Shown: in pieces, positions 26,705 through 40,435 of the stretch | Position numbering within the stretch: position 1 is the stretch's first letter | Layout of the letters: the number at the start of each line of letters is the position of its first letter | Assembly: GCA_965153285.1 (NCBI GenBank) | Contig: OZ229117.1 | DNA length: 64,000 nucleotides | Source of the DNA: Podarcis tiliguerta | Taxonomy: Eukaryota | Direction: 5' to 3' (one strand) | Position numbers and translations under genes: made by a program | The notes under the pieces: model-generated | Told to the model about the DNA's origin: nothing | Databases searched by the model: none | What the model saw: only the letters and a program-made list of their open reading frames with translations

Positions 26705-27310
26705 CAGCCTCCATATTTGAGGACTGGAAAGGGGCCAATATAATACCAGTTTTTAAAAGGGCATCTTGAAAGGATTTGAGACATTACAGGCTCATTAGCT
26801 TAACATCTGTTCCAGGAAAGTTGGTGGGAAGCATAGTTAAAGATAGAATTACCAAGCATAGAGAAGAACAAGTCTTGCTGAAGCAGAACTAGCATGGCAT
26901 TTGCTCCCACAAAAGCAGACTGGGACAGCTTTAGAAAAAATTCATGGAGGAGAGGGCTACTAGCCATTATGGCTATGTTGCCCCTCCACTATTGGAGGCA
27001 GTATGTCTGGGAATGCCAGTTGCTGGGAATCACAGGTGGGGAGAGTGTTGCTGCTGCACTCTGGTCCCGCATGCTGGGTTTGTTAAGGAATGCGGTTAAT
27101 GGGTTAATAATTCTTCATGAGTCAGCAGAGACAACTCATTCACCACGATGCACCTGCAGGCATCTTGTTACTCTCTTATCTGTGTTACTGGGCAGATTTG
27201 GCAACAGCAACAGGGTTCCCATTATGAGAACTGTTTGGCCGGTGTAGAACAAGATGCAAGACCTTTGGCCTGATCCAGTTGCAACTTCAGGTTTCATCTG
27301 ATGTTCTCAC
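26705..27310 (+). mobile_element. Rearranged CR1 LINE (pre-RT segment fused to 3' end)
   Basis: EDWKGANIIPVFKR...YRLISLTSVPGKLVGSIVKDRI, then a 3' UTR similar to 17230-17487. Confidence 0.8.
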
Positions 27311-29628
27311 ACTGCCTTTAGTCTCCACCAAGATGGTATTTGAAGAACTTGGAACCTTGGAAGGAAACACTGGCAAGGCAGGAACGGGAACCACCCAAAA
27401 GGAACTCCCAATTGGGCAACCACTTCTTTCTGTGGGCCACATTTGTTGCTACAGAATTGGCCACAGATTGAAGAGAGATAAGAAGAGTCAACTAGGTATT
27501 CTACCAATAAGGAAATCCTAAGTGAGTTGTCATTACTTCGAAGAAACCAGCCTCCACCGGTGCCATGTTACCTACCCAAATACACATTTTGATACGTTCT
27601 TGTGTCTTTGATCTTTAAATTTATTTCCCACCTTTCCACCAAATGGTCTCCAGGTTGCTAAATGCAACAACACAAGTACAACAAGATATAATGAAACAGC
27701 AATAAAATACAGAGTGAGGAAGAACAGAAAAATAAGGCAGATAAATCAATAAAATCAAAACCAACAGAAAAAACCAATTTCAACATATTCTAAAGTCAGC
27801 TTATCTGTGTAAATAAAAATGTTTTTGCCAACTAGTATGTGGTCAAAAATTGGGCAAGCTCGTCCCCCTTGGCAATGAGTCCCAGAGACTGGGAGCAGCC
27901 ACCAAGAAGCCCCTGCTTGGGGTTTCTGCCAAATGTGCATCAGATGTGAGCGAATTGAAACTGCTCCTCTAAGGAGAACCATTGAAAAGGGGTGCAAAGC
28001 TCTCCAGAATGACAGCCCATGGCCAATGATAATGGAAGCTCCTGTAAAATCAGCAGAACCAACAGGTACCCAATCCCTTGTCCAAGTTCCTTGTGTTCAA
28101 AGGCAACCAAACAAGTCACCAAGCCTTTGCTATGTCTCACATTACCATAAGAAACATTACACATAAATTCAACATTATTACAATCCAAAAAAGACAAAAG
28201 TAACTAAAATAAGAAACAGCAGTTTAGCACGACAGTAAAAAGATGTTTGTTTTTTGGGGGGTGGTGTGGGAAACAGTGCAAAGGATAAGCAGATTAACAC
28301 AGCACTCACACACACACATAAGAGCCCAAATTAATTGACCTGGATGAAGAAAACTACTTGAAGATTGTTAACTATTCTTGTAAGGTGGACAGCGAAGAGG
28401 AAGACAGTGCAGTCTGGCACATGGAAAGTGGAGGCATTGATCCTTAAGCTCCATGGGGGGAGGGGGTGGACCTGGAGGGCCTCCCCTGATGACTTGAAAG
28501 AGTGGGCAGCCAGCCCCTGATAATGAAAAAGCCCTTCCAGCCCTTTGAGCTGGGCCTGGAAACCCAGGGGAGGTGGCGCTGTTTCAGTGCTTTTGACCTG
28601 TGTTCCAAATGCCACAGTCCCCCAGCACTGTGGTTGGCTGTTCACTTGTGTGTGCGCTCTCTCTCCCCTCCCTTCTATTACCTTCACCCCTCTGTATAGC
28701 GGCTTTGTTGCTATGTATGTTGATTAATGCTAACATTCATCAAGTTTCACCCATCTGGGCTGAAAAGGGTGCCTGTGCTCTGAGATGTCCCCATTCATAA
28801 AACCTCACTTGCCCTAAGACAAAATCAGAAGCAGTCCTCGGCAAAGGCAAGGACTCCCACTATTCACAAATGGCAGAAATTAGGCACACTGCGCAACTAT
28901 AATGTACATCCCTTAAAAGCTTTGGGATTGATTTGCGTGGAAATATAGATTCCCTGTTAAAACTTTAGCCATTGTTTCCTTTCCCATTGACACAAACTCT
29001 ATTGAAGACCAGCCTGATGAATTGCTATGGCTTGCTCCAGAGGGGCTGCCCTGCAGTCTGTCCCAACAACAGAAGGGCGCAGGCACAGCATTTCAAAAGC
29101 AGAGGAATGGGATGGGATGAAGGAGACTGGCCAGCAATAGGGAAGAGCAGGAAATGGAGTCTAGGTCTCACCCTCAAACTTCTTCTAAGCTCTTACCTGG
29201 CTCAGTTCTTCTCTGCAGGCATGAGGACTCAAGGCAGGGACACAGCAAAACATTTTTTATTCCCAAACTGCCTCCTTGTTGGTGTCACAACTGTTGCTTC
29301 TCTTCTCACCTCCCACCCTCCTTCTGCATCAGTCTGGAGGTGTATAATTATCAACACAAACGCTTCCGTTCGCTCTCCCCACCCACCAGCCGTTACTACA
29401 AGCAGAAGCTGCACAGAAGTCTTCAGGCTCCAGCTGTAGCTGGAACCACACTCTGCGGCTCTCCTCTGTGGCAAACACATTCCCCTCAAATACTGGTGCC
29501 GATTCTGCCAGGGAATCACTTGCCTTCGCCTGTCTAAAGCTGCCCCGTGCCACTTTGCACCAGGAGAAAAAAATATCCAGAGGCTGCTCAGAGCGTGTGA
29601 GATCTTTGCCAGAGACAGGAGCACTTAC

Positions 29629-29785
29629 CAGAAGAGCCAACTTGGGAAGGTTTAGTTGGAGCAGGAATGTGCAGTTCCAGTTGCCCAGGTCGTAAACTGG
29701 GGCCGTCAGGTGCCCCTTGTCCTTCTGTCTGACCTGCTGGAGAGGATGCAATCTCGGCCAAGACTTCAAGGTCCTTGAGGATAAC
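29629..29785 (-). CDS. VAC14: VAC14 exon 13 (157 nt)
   Basis: [52 protein letters not shown]; G|GTAAGT donor. Confidence 0.95.
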
Positions 29786-29860
29786 CTGGAATCAAGGAAT
29801 AAAAGGAGATCAAGGGGTGGCTGACAAGGCAGGCAGAGAAGACAAGGACTCCCTGTGCTC

Positions 29861-30030
29861 TTTTCCTGTGCACTTTCCCCAGCTCTACAATATCCATTTT
29901 TGAGATACGGCAACCAGAACTGAAACCAGTATTCCAAATGCAGAGGCTCTAAAGGTTTGTACAAGGCCACTTTAATATTGGCAGTTTTATTTTCAGTTCC
30001 TTTCTTAACGATCCTGAATATGGAATACTC
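29861..30030 (-). mobile_element. CR1 ORF2 fragment
   Basis: IVKKGTENKTANIKVALYKPLEPLHLEYWFQFWLPYLK resembles the CR1 motif [22 protein letters not shown]. Confidence 0.8.
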
Positions 30031-30951
30031 CATTGCAAACTAATGTTTTATCAGTCATAGCCATAGTGTGCGCTCTTGAAATGCATGGATTTAAAATAAT
30101 GGGAAAGTGTTTAAATCAAATGAATGGCGCTTAAGCCAAATACAGGATTTGAGGTAGGAGTGTGGAAGCCAAGCGATACCCAGCTGTTATTAACCTGCAA
30201 TGGGTACACCCCAAACACAACGACGGCTTCTAGTAAAACTAGCCCATGGCAACCACAAAGGTCAAACTGGCAAGCAGGCAGGCATGGTGTCTTTTGAACA
30301 GGTTCTGCCTTGCCCTTATGATCTGACATTCAATCCCTGATTGATCTTCTGATTTCTATGAGACTTATGAACTCACTTCCATCCCTGCACTTGAAAGAAT
30401 ATGGACAAGCTTGATGGTGCAGCTCCCACATCTCCTGCCCTGCATCCCATAATTTCTAGATATCCAAACTGTGCAGTATAATACCTCCATGCTGCATGTC
30501 TATCCACACACACACACACAAATGTCCCTTACCAGCCACCATTTATGATGGTGGGGAAACTTGCGACGCAATGATGGAAGTCCTCTTAAGTGCCTTGGGC
30601 AAGGGAAGGTGGTGTAGGGATGTCACTCAGAGCATAAGCAGGACATCCCAGCAAATCTAGTTCTGAACTAAGAGCAAATTCAAACATCCAAAGGGAAATT
30701 TCTTCACTGGCTCCATGATGAGGACTCAGTGCAGAGGGTCCTCTGCATAGGCATTTTAGAGGTTGTTGTGGGCATGGCAAGTCACTGTGGCCATTGTCGG
30801 CAGGAACTGAGGCTTTCGGGAGGATAAGGACCTGTTTCCATGCATCTCACCAGGGATGCTTTCCCAAGAGATGATTACCTGTCAAGCCAACACCCCCAGT
30901 CAATGGGATCAGGTAAGGTGAGCATGCAAAAATGAAGAAAGAAAAAGAAAA

Positions 30952-31135
30952 GATATTTAATATCCCACCATTTTTCCTCCAAAGAGCTCAGGGTAGCCTC
31001 CATAGTTCTCACCACTAATTTTATCTTCACAACCACCCTGAGAAGTAGGCTGGCCCGAGAGCTATAGTGACTGACCCCAAGGCCAGTTTCATGGCTGACT
31101 GAGAATTTGAATCTGGATCTCCTCAGTCCTAACCC
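30952..31135 (-). mobile_element. MIR/CORE-like SINE
   Basis: TTTATCTTCACAACCACCCTG...GTGACTGACCCCAAGGCCA...GAATTTGAATC; related copies at 58500, 59530 and 63760. Confidence 0.7.
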
Positions 31136-31265
31136 AGCCTCTGCCAACTTGGGTGTCCTCCAGGTGTTTTGGACTACAACTCCTATTAGCCTCATGGCTG
31201 TGCTGGCTGGGGCTGATGGGAGTTGTAGAAGAAACCTCTGGAGGGCCCCTGGCTGGGAAGACTGC
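31135..31265. mobile_element. Short foldback MITE
   Basis: CCTCCAGGTGTTTTGGACTACAACTCC ... GGGAGTTGTAG...CTGGAGGG. Confidence 0.72.
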
Positions 31266-31725
31266 CCTTGCCCCTACTATGATGCTACCTGATACATGAA
31301 GCATTAGGCCCACAGTGTTGTCTGCTCAGACTGGCAACAGGATTTTCACGGTCTTGGGAAAAGATGCCCCCAAGTGCCAGAGGCTGGGCCTGGGGTCTTT
31401 CACCAGCTTCAGCCCCTGCCCAAGGTCCACTAAAGGAAAAAACCAAAACATCAAGCCAGGCATGTGTACAGCACCAAGCTTGCCATCTGTCCTGTACTGT
31501 GCCATGTTGCATGTTTTAGCATGTTGCTCAACCACCTGTCAAGCTGCCACAAGTATCATGAACTTGCTTCGCGGCATCACCACTGCACAGGTAGCACAAT
31601 CTACCCACAGGAGCCCAGGAAGGCATTGTGCTCCACTGCCAAAACAGAGGCGGCACACAAGGTTTTAATCTGGTGACTCAGTATAGGCCTCTCACTTTTG
31701 CAATGTGTCCACTCTAACCCACCTG

Positions 31726-32028
31726 CCCTAATCACACCACACATTTGAAGCACTTTAATACCACTCTGAACAGTCATTACTTCCCCCAAAGAACTCTGGG
31801 AATTATAGTTTGTTAAAGGTGCTGAGAGTTGTTAGGGGAGTATCGTTAGAGCTATAAAATCCTCCAAGTGGTTTAACAGTCAATCCCTCTTCAAAGGGAA
31901 CTTGGGACATGGTAAGCTCTGTGAGAGGAATAACTCTCCGCACCCATAGCCAACGGCAGTTCCCAGAATTACTTGGGGGAAGTCACTGACTATTTGCAGT
32001 GCTTTAAATGTATGGTGTGAAGGTGACC
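31726..32028. mobile_element. Palindromic MITE (same family as 25.9 kb)
   Basis: Inverted termini CACACCACACATTTGAAGCACT / AGTGCTTTAAATGTATGGTGTG. Confidence 0.65.
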
Positions 32029-35000
32029 TCAGTGGGTGAGCTCTGCTTCTTGCCCAGGGTCTCCTCGCCTGATCCTTCCCCTGGGTTGGGACAAGTGAGG
32101 CTCAGTTATTCTGCTGCACAGCCTGGCCTTGGAAGAGGAAGAGCGTTTGGTATATGGTAGCCCCTGATCGTGAACTCTGAGCACTCTCTGCAAGCAAGGA
32201 AGGAAGGCTCCACAGGAACAGCGTGAAGTTTTCTGCTCTGGCCAAGGCCCAGCACCTACATGAAGGCAAGAGGCCTCCTACTGCTACCTCTCCTCAGCAA
32301 TGGCCGGTGTCCCATCACACCCTACTGCTGAACCTATATATAGACAACGTGGAACCACCTGGGAATGGCATTGAGCAGCAAGCAGCTGCGGCACCAGGAG
32401 GCTGTCAGGGGAAAGCACCACATCTTGGCCACTGCTGCTGTGGAAGAGGAACGAGCAAACGAGTTTGCACATATCCATTTTTGATGTGAACTGCTTTGCC
32501 TTGTGAAGTTAGCTGGACCCCCCTGGACCCTATTCAGCCTGGCGGTTTCCACATGCAAGGCTGCCTTTGAATGAACTGAAATGGTGCATCCTACCAAGAG
32601 GAGCTCAACCAGGATGGCGGGGAGAGGGAGGGAGAGTGTTTTGCATGCGCGATGCATCTTCCCACTAAGCAAGCCTCCAGCAGGCAGCTTCTCTCTCTCT
32701 CTCTCCCTCTCTTTTGTGCGAGCGAAAGAATGAAACTGGAAGGGTGTAAGAAAAGCAATATCCTGCAGGAACACAAATGCCTAACGTTGCCACGGCAACA
32801 GGCCAGGTGCCAGAAAGGCGCATCAGCTGGGTCCCATCATCTGAGAGCAGCAGAAGCAGAAGCAGCCGAGGCAGCAGCTCTTTAAGCTCCCATTATTGGA
32901 CATGAAAGGGCTGAGGCCACAGAGGCCCTTCCCCTCCCCCACGGACAAGGCAGAGCATGGGGGGGGGCTTCCTGGTGGGGGAAGGGGTGCAGCCCAGAAG
33001 CACAGCAACCCACCCCCAGCATTAAGAGCCACCAGATCAGCTGGCAGAGATTATTTTTAAAAATGGGAAGGTGAGATTACTTTTTTAGGATTTAGGCTCA
33101 AAGAAAGAAAAGCCCTAGATAAAGCTGGCAGCGAGAGATGCTCCTATTCTCCGAAGGTGGGGAAAAATAATAGCATGCATCCGGGCAAATATTAATCTGG
33201 TTAGCACAGGTCACTGCAGCTTTTGCCCAAGTTCTACGTAATCTGGAAATCTGTTTTTATTTCTTCTCAGATGCTGGATCTGGTCAGATGTGCCTTATGG
33301 AAAAGATGAGAGCAGAGACACACCAAAGGGGGAGGGTGGAAGGAGGAACAGCCTTATTGGGAATGGCAATGAGTGCATGTGTATCACAGCATAAAGCTGA
33401 GCTTTTTTGACATGTTTTCATGTATCTGTCCATAACCACAACGATTAGGAAACAGCACTGCAAGGAGGTTTTGGGATTTTGCATCTAATATGTTTACTAC
33501 CACTGCGGAATGGCTGAGAGTGACGGAAAATGGAAAAAGCACAGCTCAGCCTTCCACATGACACTAGCTTTGCTGAGTGGAGAGCAAAAGCATTTCAAGG
33601 AGGCGTTTTCTAGTAATGAAAATCCTGCTGCTGCTGCTGCCTTCCCCCAATGCATGTCTACGAGACTTCCTCTGCTAACCAGATCTAGGTCAAGTTAATG
33701 TGCCTCATGTTCCAGTTGAACCAATCTGATGTTCGCTCCACTGGCTCATGTGCAAACTGCCCCAGTCTTGCTGAAGAGGCAGAGCATGAAAGCACACAAC
33801 ACACACTCCTCCTCCCAAGACTCAAATACTCAAGAGTGCCAGGCCTCAGCACCTCGGGAGTGCATCCTGCTGCCTCTTTAAGGATGGGAACACAAAATGC
33901 CACCATGGCTGGAAAGTGGTCTGTGGGGAATTGCATATCTGTCCCAGGATCACCAGGGCTGGTGCTGCATGTTGGAATCGGCTCCCTGAAAACCTCTCAT
34001 ACCCACTGCTGCAAAAGGGGGCGATGTTGGGTCTGGGCTTTGAGCCAGAATTCCTGTAGCCTCCAGGGCTTCAGCACCCTGCGCCTGCCCTGATCCTTCC
34101 GCACCCCTAGCATCAGAGCTACACGATACAGGTGCATTACAAGAACTGCGTTAATGGGTCACCTCTTTCCATAAAATGAAGAGAGCTTTGCAGTACGTGC
34201 ACATAGCTTATGCAGGGGCAGTGGGAATGCCATTATTCAGGAGATAACTTTGCCACAACATTGAAAAGAGAACCTCACAGCTTGATATTAGTCTCCTGAG
34301 ATCCCAGGAACACCATTTCACACAGAATCTACACACAACAGTTATTTAGCACTATTCACTGGTGCTCTTGCATCCTCTTGCAACCTACTTTTGTGCAAAG
34401 CTATCCTTTGCTGCTCACTAACAAAAGGCTATTTCTCTCTCTCACACACATAAAAGTCCAAAAGTCAGCATCCTGAGCAGAAACATCTGCCTGACACTGC
34501 TGTCACATCCCATCCACTCGTCCCACCGCCACCACTGGTGGGCAGGTTTCTGGTTACCAAAGGAGTCACCCTGAGCTCTCTGCCTTGCTTCCCTCGCCTC
34601 TCTGCTCCCTTCTGAAGAGGCGCGCGGTCAAGGGAGCAGAGCTGGCAAAGATAACTGGAGCTAAAGGAAATGAAGCTGGCCTCTGGCAGACCTCCAGCGC
34701 ACAGGCAGACGTGACACATTCGACAGCAACTGAGAAGCATCTTCCCTCCACGAAAAAGGAGCTGCTGCTGCTGCTTCCCCCTCACTTCCTACCATCCGCA
34801 GAGAGCAGTATCTCAAAGGATAGAGGCCTCCTTATACTTGGGATAGGCAGGGTGATGATGCAACTTGTGAGTTAGCCCCAACCACAGAAAAGCCGGGGGG
34901 GGGGGAGCTCCAGATCCTCCTTGAGAAAGAATGGGAAAAGGTACTGCTGCTGCCCCAATCCGCTGCCATGTGGCTCAGTTCCCCAACTATTAGCACGTCT

Positions 35001-37419
35001 ATTTATTTAAGTATTTATAGGCACATAAAAACATGGCAATAAAATCAACAGAAACATCAACAGAATCAATAAATACTGGCTAGCAAAAAAAGAAAAGAAA
35101 AAAGAGTTCAAGTTTCAAAAGCCTGTCTAAATAACAGTTTTCAGAAGATGACTACAAGAGGGCAGGGATTGTTTGTGCTGAGCCCTCTATTGGCAGTGAG
35201 TTCCACAAGCCAGCCAAGCCCACCAGAAACAACCCATTACAGGATCTCAGTGATGGAGATGGAGAGCAACAGACCAGGCAAGTCCTTGAGTTACTTTTGG
35301 TCCAGGTTGTTTACAGCTAACACAAGAACCCTGAATCAGCAACCAGTGCAGCTCTCTCAGTGCCGAGTAACATGCTGCCAGTAAATCTGCTCTTGTGGGC
35401 AGCTTTGCTGCCTCATTCTGGGCAACCCAGCCGGATGGGCGGGGTAGAAAAAGTAAAATTATTATTATTCTGCACTAGTTGCAGCTTCCAGACCAGCTAC
35501 AAGGCAGCCCCACACAATGTGTGCTACAGCGACCAAGTCCTGAGGTTAGCAATGCATTGGCCATTGTGGCGAGGCCATCCTGGCCACAGAAGTCACCTGG
35601 GCATCTAGGTGACAAACACAGACTGAAGAATGTCCTCCAGCTTAATGTTCAGATCAACTGCCCCTGGGCTGATGGATGAACCAGTGGAACACAACCTGCC
35701 AAGTGCAAATAGGACCGTGCTACTAGAAGCTCTTCCGCACAGGTTTCTGAAAAGCAGGGGACCAGGCAACAGAAAATGAAGAGGCTGCTGCAGACTCTGA
35801 GGCCCCCTAGTGGCCAGTGCCTGACAGAACACTTGATGCTCCCAGCTGTAGGGCAATCAAGGAGCCCAAGCTGCTCAGCCCCACCGGGAGGTGGGAGGGC
35901 TGAAGGGGCCCCATCCATCTCATAGGAAGGCGGCCTGGGCCCTGAACGCAACTCCCCTTCTGCAAGGGCAGGCGGTGAGTTCTCTCTCTCTCCCTGTCGC
36001 CTCAAAGGGCTCCTCAAATTAATTTTCTTTTTGTACAACCATCAGAGAAAGAAGAAACCTGGTCAAGAACAAGATCTTCCCTATTTGGCAGACCCCCACC
36101 CAAAAAAAGAGTGCAATGTGAAGACTAAGCTTGATCCCTCTTCCCCATTTCCAAGAGAAACCAATCAATCTTCCAGTGACAACTTAACTAGCCCCCTTTT
36201 CAATGGGGGAAAGGGATGGTGAACTTTGCCCCTTGGTCTCTGAACCAGAAAATTTCACAGTCCCCATCCAGCTTCTGTTCAATCTGGAACTGACATTGCC
36301 AGAAAGCAGGAAAGTCCCTCCCTTCTCCCCACACTTATTTAAGCTATTGTGGCTTAACCCAAATGCCGGCAAGGCCCCTAAGCAGCAGCAGCAGCCACCA
36401 TTAACAGCCACAATCCACTGGGGAATTTATCCCATGCAAGCCCCACGGAAACAAAATGGGATATGCCCAGAAGCGCCAACACCATTCTCAATGAGCCATC
36501 CACCACAACCCCAAGATCTTCCCGATTAGTCCCCTCTAGTTCAGACGACATAGGAGAGGTTAGGAATTTTGATGACCCAACCTGCACCTTTTATTCATTC
36601 AATATTTTCTAAAGTCCAATTCATAACCTCTGACTACCCGAATGTTTTCCCTGAGTCTAGAGTGTACACAAACTAAAAGGAGGGGTGGCAGAGGAGCTTG
36701 CCTCTCCCATGGCACCAGCTCGCACATCTGAATAAGTTGTCTGCCTCACCCCAGGGCTGTCCACTCCCTAAAAGTGCTCTCCCACACCCACATTGTCCCT
36801 GGAGGCTGCCACATTCGCCTGCAAATCCGCTGGCCTGCAAATGAAACGGTGACTCCAGGACTACAGCGAGAACAAGGGGAAGGAAGCACATCCGAGGTCA
36901 CGTCAAGCTCACTCTCCTTGTTCTTTGTAACACACCAAAGTCCCAAATTTCAGCCTTGGCAAGTTGGGAGCTGGGAAACCGGGGGAACTGCGGGCCGAAA
37001 TCCAACCAAGCACAAATAAAAGCATAAACGGATAAAGGCAGCCATTCACTTTGGCACAAGCTTTTGTTAAGCTTCATTGTACTTGGGATCTGCATCACAT
37101 GGAGAAAAGCCCCATGGGACTCAGTGTGAAAAAGCCCATTCCGCAGGAAAGGCTGGGGCAAGAGGGCTTGCAGCTCTGGGCGATAGCGGAGCGAGGAAGG
37201 GGGGTGCAGGAAAGCCCCTCCCTCAGGAAAGCCCTGCAGCAGAAGGGGACACAGGGAAGTGGGGGAGAGCGTGAAGATCTTCAGAAGCATTTGCAATTTG
37301 TCTCCCCACCATCCTAAATAGTTTCAGGACAACCACATGGATGTCTCTGTACCCTGAGCAAAATGCCAGTCTCTTCCCTGCCAAACGTCTCAGTGAGCAC
37401 CCCCCAAACAAGCACCTCT

Positions 37420-37453
37420 CCTTCCTTCCTTCCTTCCTTCCTTCCTTCCTTCC
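37420..37453. repeat. (CTTC)n microsatellite
   Basis: Direct read. Confidence 0.9.
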
Positions 37454-37612
37454 ACTCACCCAGTGGCAGCAGAGCCATGGGCTGGCTGTTCCCATGGGAT
37501 CCCACATTGTGGGTAAGGAGCTCAACCTCACAGTGGTCTCAAGGATGCTCCCAGGCATCTTGATTCTGAAATCTCTGGCTTGCTGGGCAAGTAAGACACA
37601 GTGTGCCTTTAC

Positions 37613-37643
<31 letters not shown>
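37613..37643. repeat. (ATCA)n microsatellite
   Basis: Direct read. Confidence 0.9.
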
Positions 37644-37644
<1 letters not shown>

Positions 37645-39585
37645 ACAGGTGGGACTCTTGCCAGTCAAGCATCATAGTGCAGATCCTGGGAAATGGTAAA
37701 GGACTTCATTTCTTCCCAACCTCCACCCAAGGTACATCTTGATCTGGCTTACTCAGAGCCCTATTGGAGAACACCTCATGCCCAAGACACTGCAACCCCC
37801 TGACAAACACATCCTAGGTACCCGAACACCCATTAGCATCCATCAAAGTTAGGATTCTCCATGCATGTACCTCTATACCTCCAGTATGCAGCTGGAACCC
37901 CTTCTTGCGCATCATGCATTTTGGCTCTCAATATGCCCAGTGGGAAAGCTCAGATCCAGCTAGTACTCCAGCTCCCCTTTGTTGCAGGGGAAACCCTTCC
38001 TGCAGTAGCCAGAAAAAGAATTCTACTTCTTAATATTAGTGGTCTATTCAAGCCCATTCAATTCAAGCCCATTCCATCTTTGTCTGATCAAGGCTGGCTT
38101 TTGGGCAACCTCAGTTGTTCCACGCCTTGTTAGCATTGCCCCCCTTTCTACTTGCCTTTCCTCCCTCCTGTCTTTTTAAATCTGCTTAGGGAGGGCTCCA
38201 GGAGAGGCACAAAACACACAGACATCTTTCACAGCGATACAGATGCAATACAGAGCTCAAGAAAACCTTCAGGGGCTCAGCCTACCACCACTCTCCCAAA
38301 CTACCTTTTCTCTGGTTGTTTGCTGGCAGCAATACATATTATCAATGAAGAGGCAGAGGTTCAGGCAGCTTAAGTAACTCCAGGGGTCCAAGTGCCAAGA
38401 CAAACTCCTGATTAACTGCAACCCACCCACCCAGCCGAAGAAGAATCACTCCCCATCTGGGAATAGGTTATATCTGAGCTTTTCTCTCACACAGGTACTG
38501 ATGCTGCTTTGCAGAGATGCGTGTTTGCATCCTTCTTCCCCCTCTAATGCAATTCAACTCCACACCTGTCTACCTGGCTCCAGCAAATCTTTACTGTCCA
38601 TATTTGCTATTAGATCCCTCACATCTGTACTGTGTCCTAGATTTAACTTCCAGACTGCCAGTCCAAACCAAATACTATGTAAATAATCACGGCCTCTATT
38701 TGTAATAAACTGCGTATTTCCAAACTTTGATCTGCTATCTGGTTACTCATTCCTTTCAGTGTAATTTGCAACATGGTATGTGACTCCAAGATGCATGTAC
38801 TTCCCAACTTGCGGACAAGGACACATGGCACTAACTTCTAACACAGGATGTCCTGGACCACAATGATTGCTTACTAAGGACCTGCGTGCAGGGCCTCTGC
38901 TGCGAAGTGTATCCAGCTTCATATATCTTCAGTATCCCAACAATATCTCAGCCTCTTTGCAACAAAGAAAGTAGCAGAGAAGTGAAAGCTAGATGATAGA
39001 AAGGGCCTCATCCTGGCACAAGATCCACCAAGTGGGAATACTTCAGCAGGCAGCTCCCTTCTTGTGAAAGTGAAGCTGAGCTTGCCATGGATTTTTATTC
39101 TAGGAGATCGCAGAAAACATTCCTAAGAACCATCCCCTCTGAGTCATGAGGCAGAATCAAATTAGAAGCTTCACCAGAGACAGCAGCCTCTCAGCTTCCA
39201 GGCAAATGCGACTAGTACAATTGCTTCCATTATTCAACGGCTCAAACTGCCATGGCCTCCAAGGGAAGCACCATCTGAAGTTCCACGCTGAGAATCTGTG
39301 GCTGAGGAAGGGAAACTCTGAAAGCCACTTCTTTCAATCCCCTCTTAACATGTGGGTGGTTTGACAGTGCTTCACTCTGTTTACAACCTAACCCACTAAA
39401 TAGAGCTGCCCAAGAGCATCCGTGCTGAGGAGACAATGAATTTGATGAACTTTTCACCTGTGGTCTGAGTAGCCTACTAGCCACTTTTATTCTCTCAGTA
39501 CACAGGTTGTTGTTTTTTTTAAACCCCCCCCCCCCAAATAAAATAAATGGGAGTTAAATGTTTCCAGTGCAGGATTTATGCTCAC

Positions 39586-39651
39586 CTCATCAGACTCATC
39601 AGATAAGGTCTTTAACAAGATGGGAAACAGGCTGTCTGTATGCCGGAACAT
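39586..39651 (-). CDS. VAC14: VAC14 exon 12 (66 nt)
   Basis: [22 protein letters not shown]; TTTCAG acceptor, GAG|GTGAG donor. Confidence 0.96.
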
Positions 39652-40435
39652 CTGAAAGGCAAAAGAAGTCCATAACAGTCACAGAAGTCACTGTGTCTGG
39701 TGCTCTGGCAGAGGCTGCCACCACAACAGCAAAGGCTGCCTCCAGGTTTAAGAGCATCCCAGTCCTTGTGCTGGAAAGATGACCTCCTTTCCTGCAAGCT
39801 TACCAAACAAACTCTGCAGCTGAGGCCAGAGTCCCCAACTAGAGGAAGGGCTTCTTCCTTTGAAAAGTATTGTATTGCTTTTTGATATACTGAACTAGTT
39901 TGCACGTAACACTCAGCCAAACTGTGTTTTAACATGAACACGCAGAGAGGAGACAAACCATGCAGCCAAGGCTTTTCTTGATTTACAGCTCATGGTTTGT
40001 CTGCAGTGAGACAAACTACAGGCCCCAGGTTCAGAGTTCTTTCCATGCCAAACCACAGCTTAGGTCAGGGCAGCGCAGCAGCACTGGAGGGAGAGAAAAT
40101 CAGCTGTGATCTCCTCTCCGGGAGCCTGTGTGTTCACACTGAAGCATGGCTTGGCTTCTCATAACCTTAGCACTTTCAGCAGACTCTGTGTAAAGCAAGA
40201 AACAATTTGGGCTTCCATCCATTACAAGCAGCTTTATTACCAAGCCAATCAACACCAAAGTGTGTGGGAGGGGGGAGCAGAAAAGCTGGAGGAGAAAAGG
40301 AAGAAAACTTCTGCCATTGAATGTTCCAAAAAGAGCTCCCAAATTTCTCTGACTCAACAACTGTGGCTCACTTAATAAAAAAAATTAGTTCCTTCTGGGC
40401 TGGAAAAGCACATGTATCAGGAGTGCAATGCTATA

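Noticed and set aside
29329-30033. 234-aa minus-strand ORF
   Set aside because: Chimera of a CR1 fragment and VAC14 exon 13 read in the wrong frame
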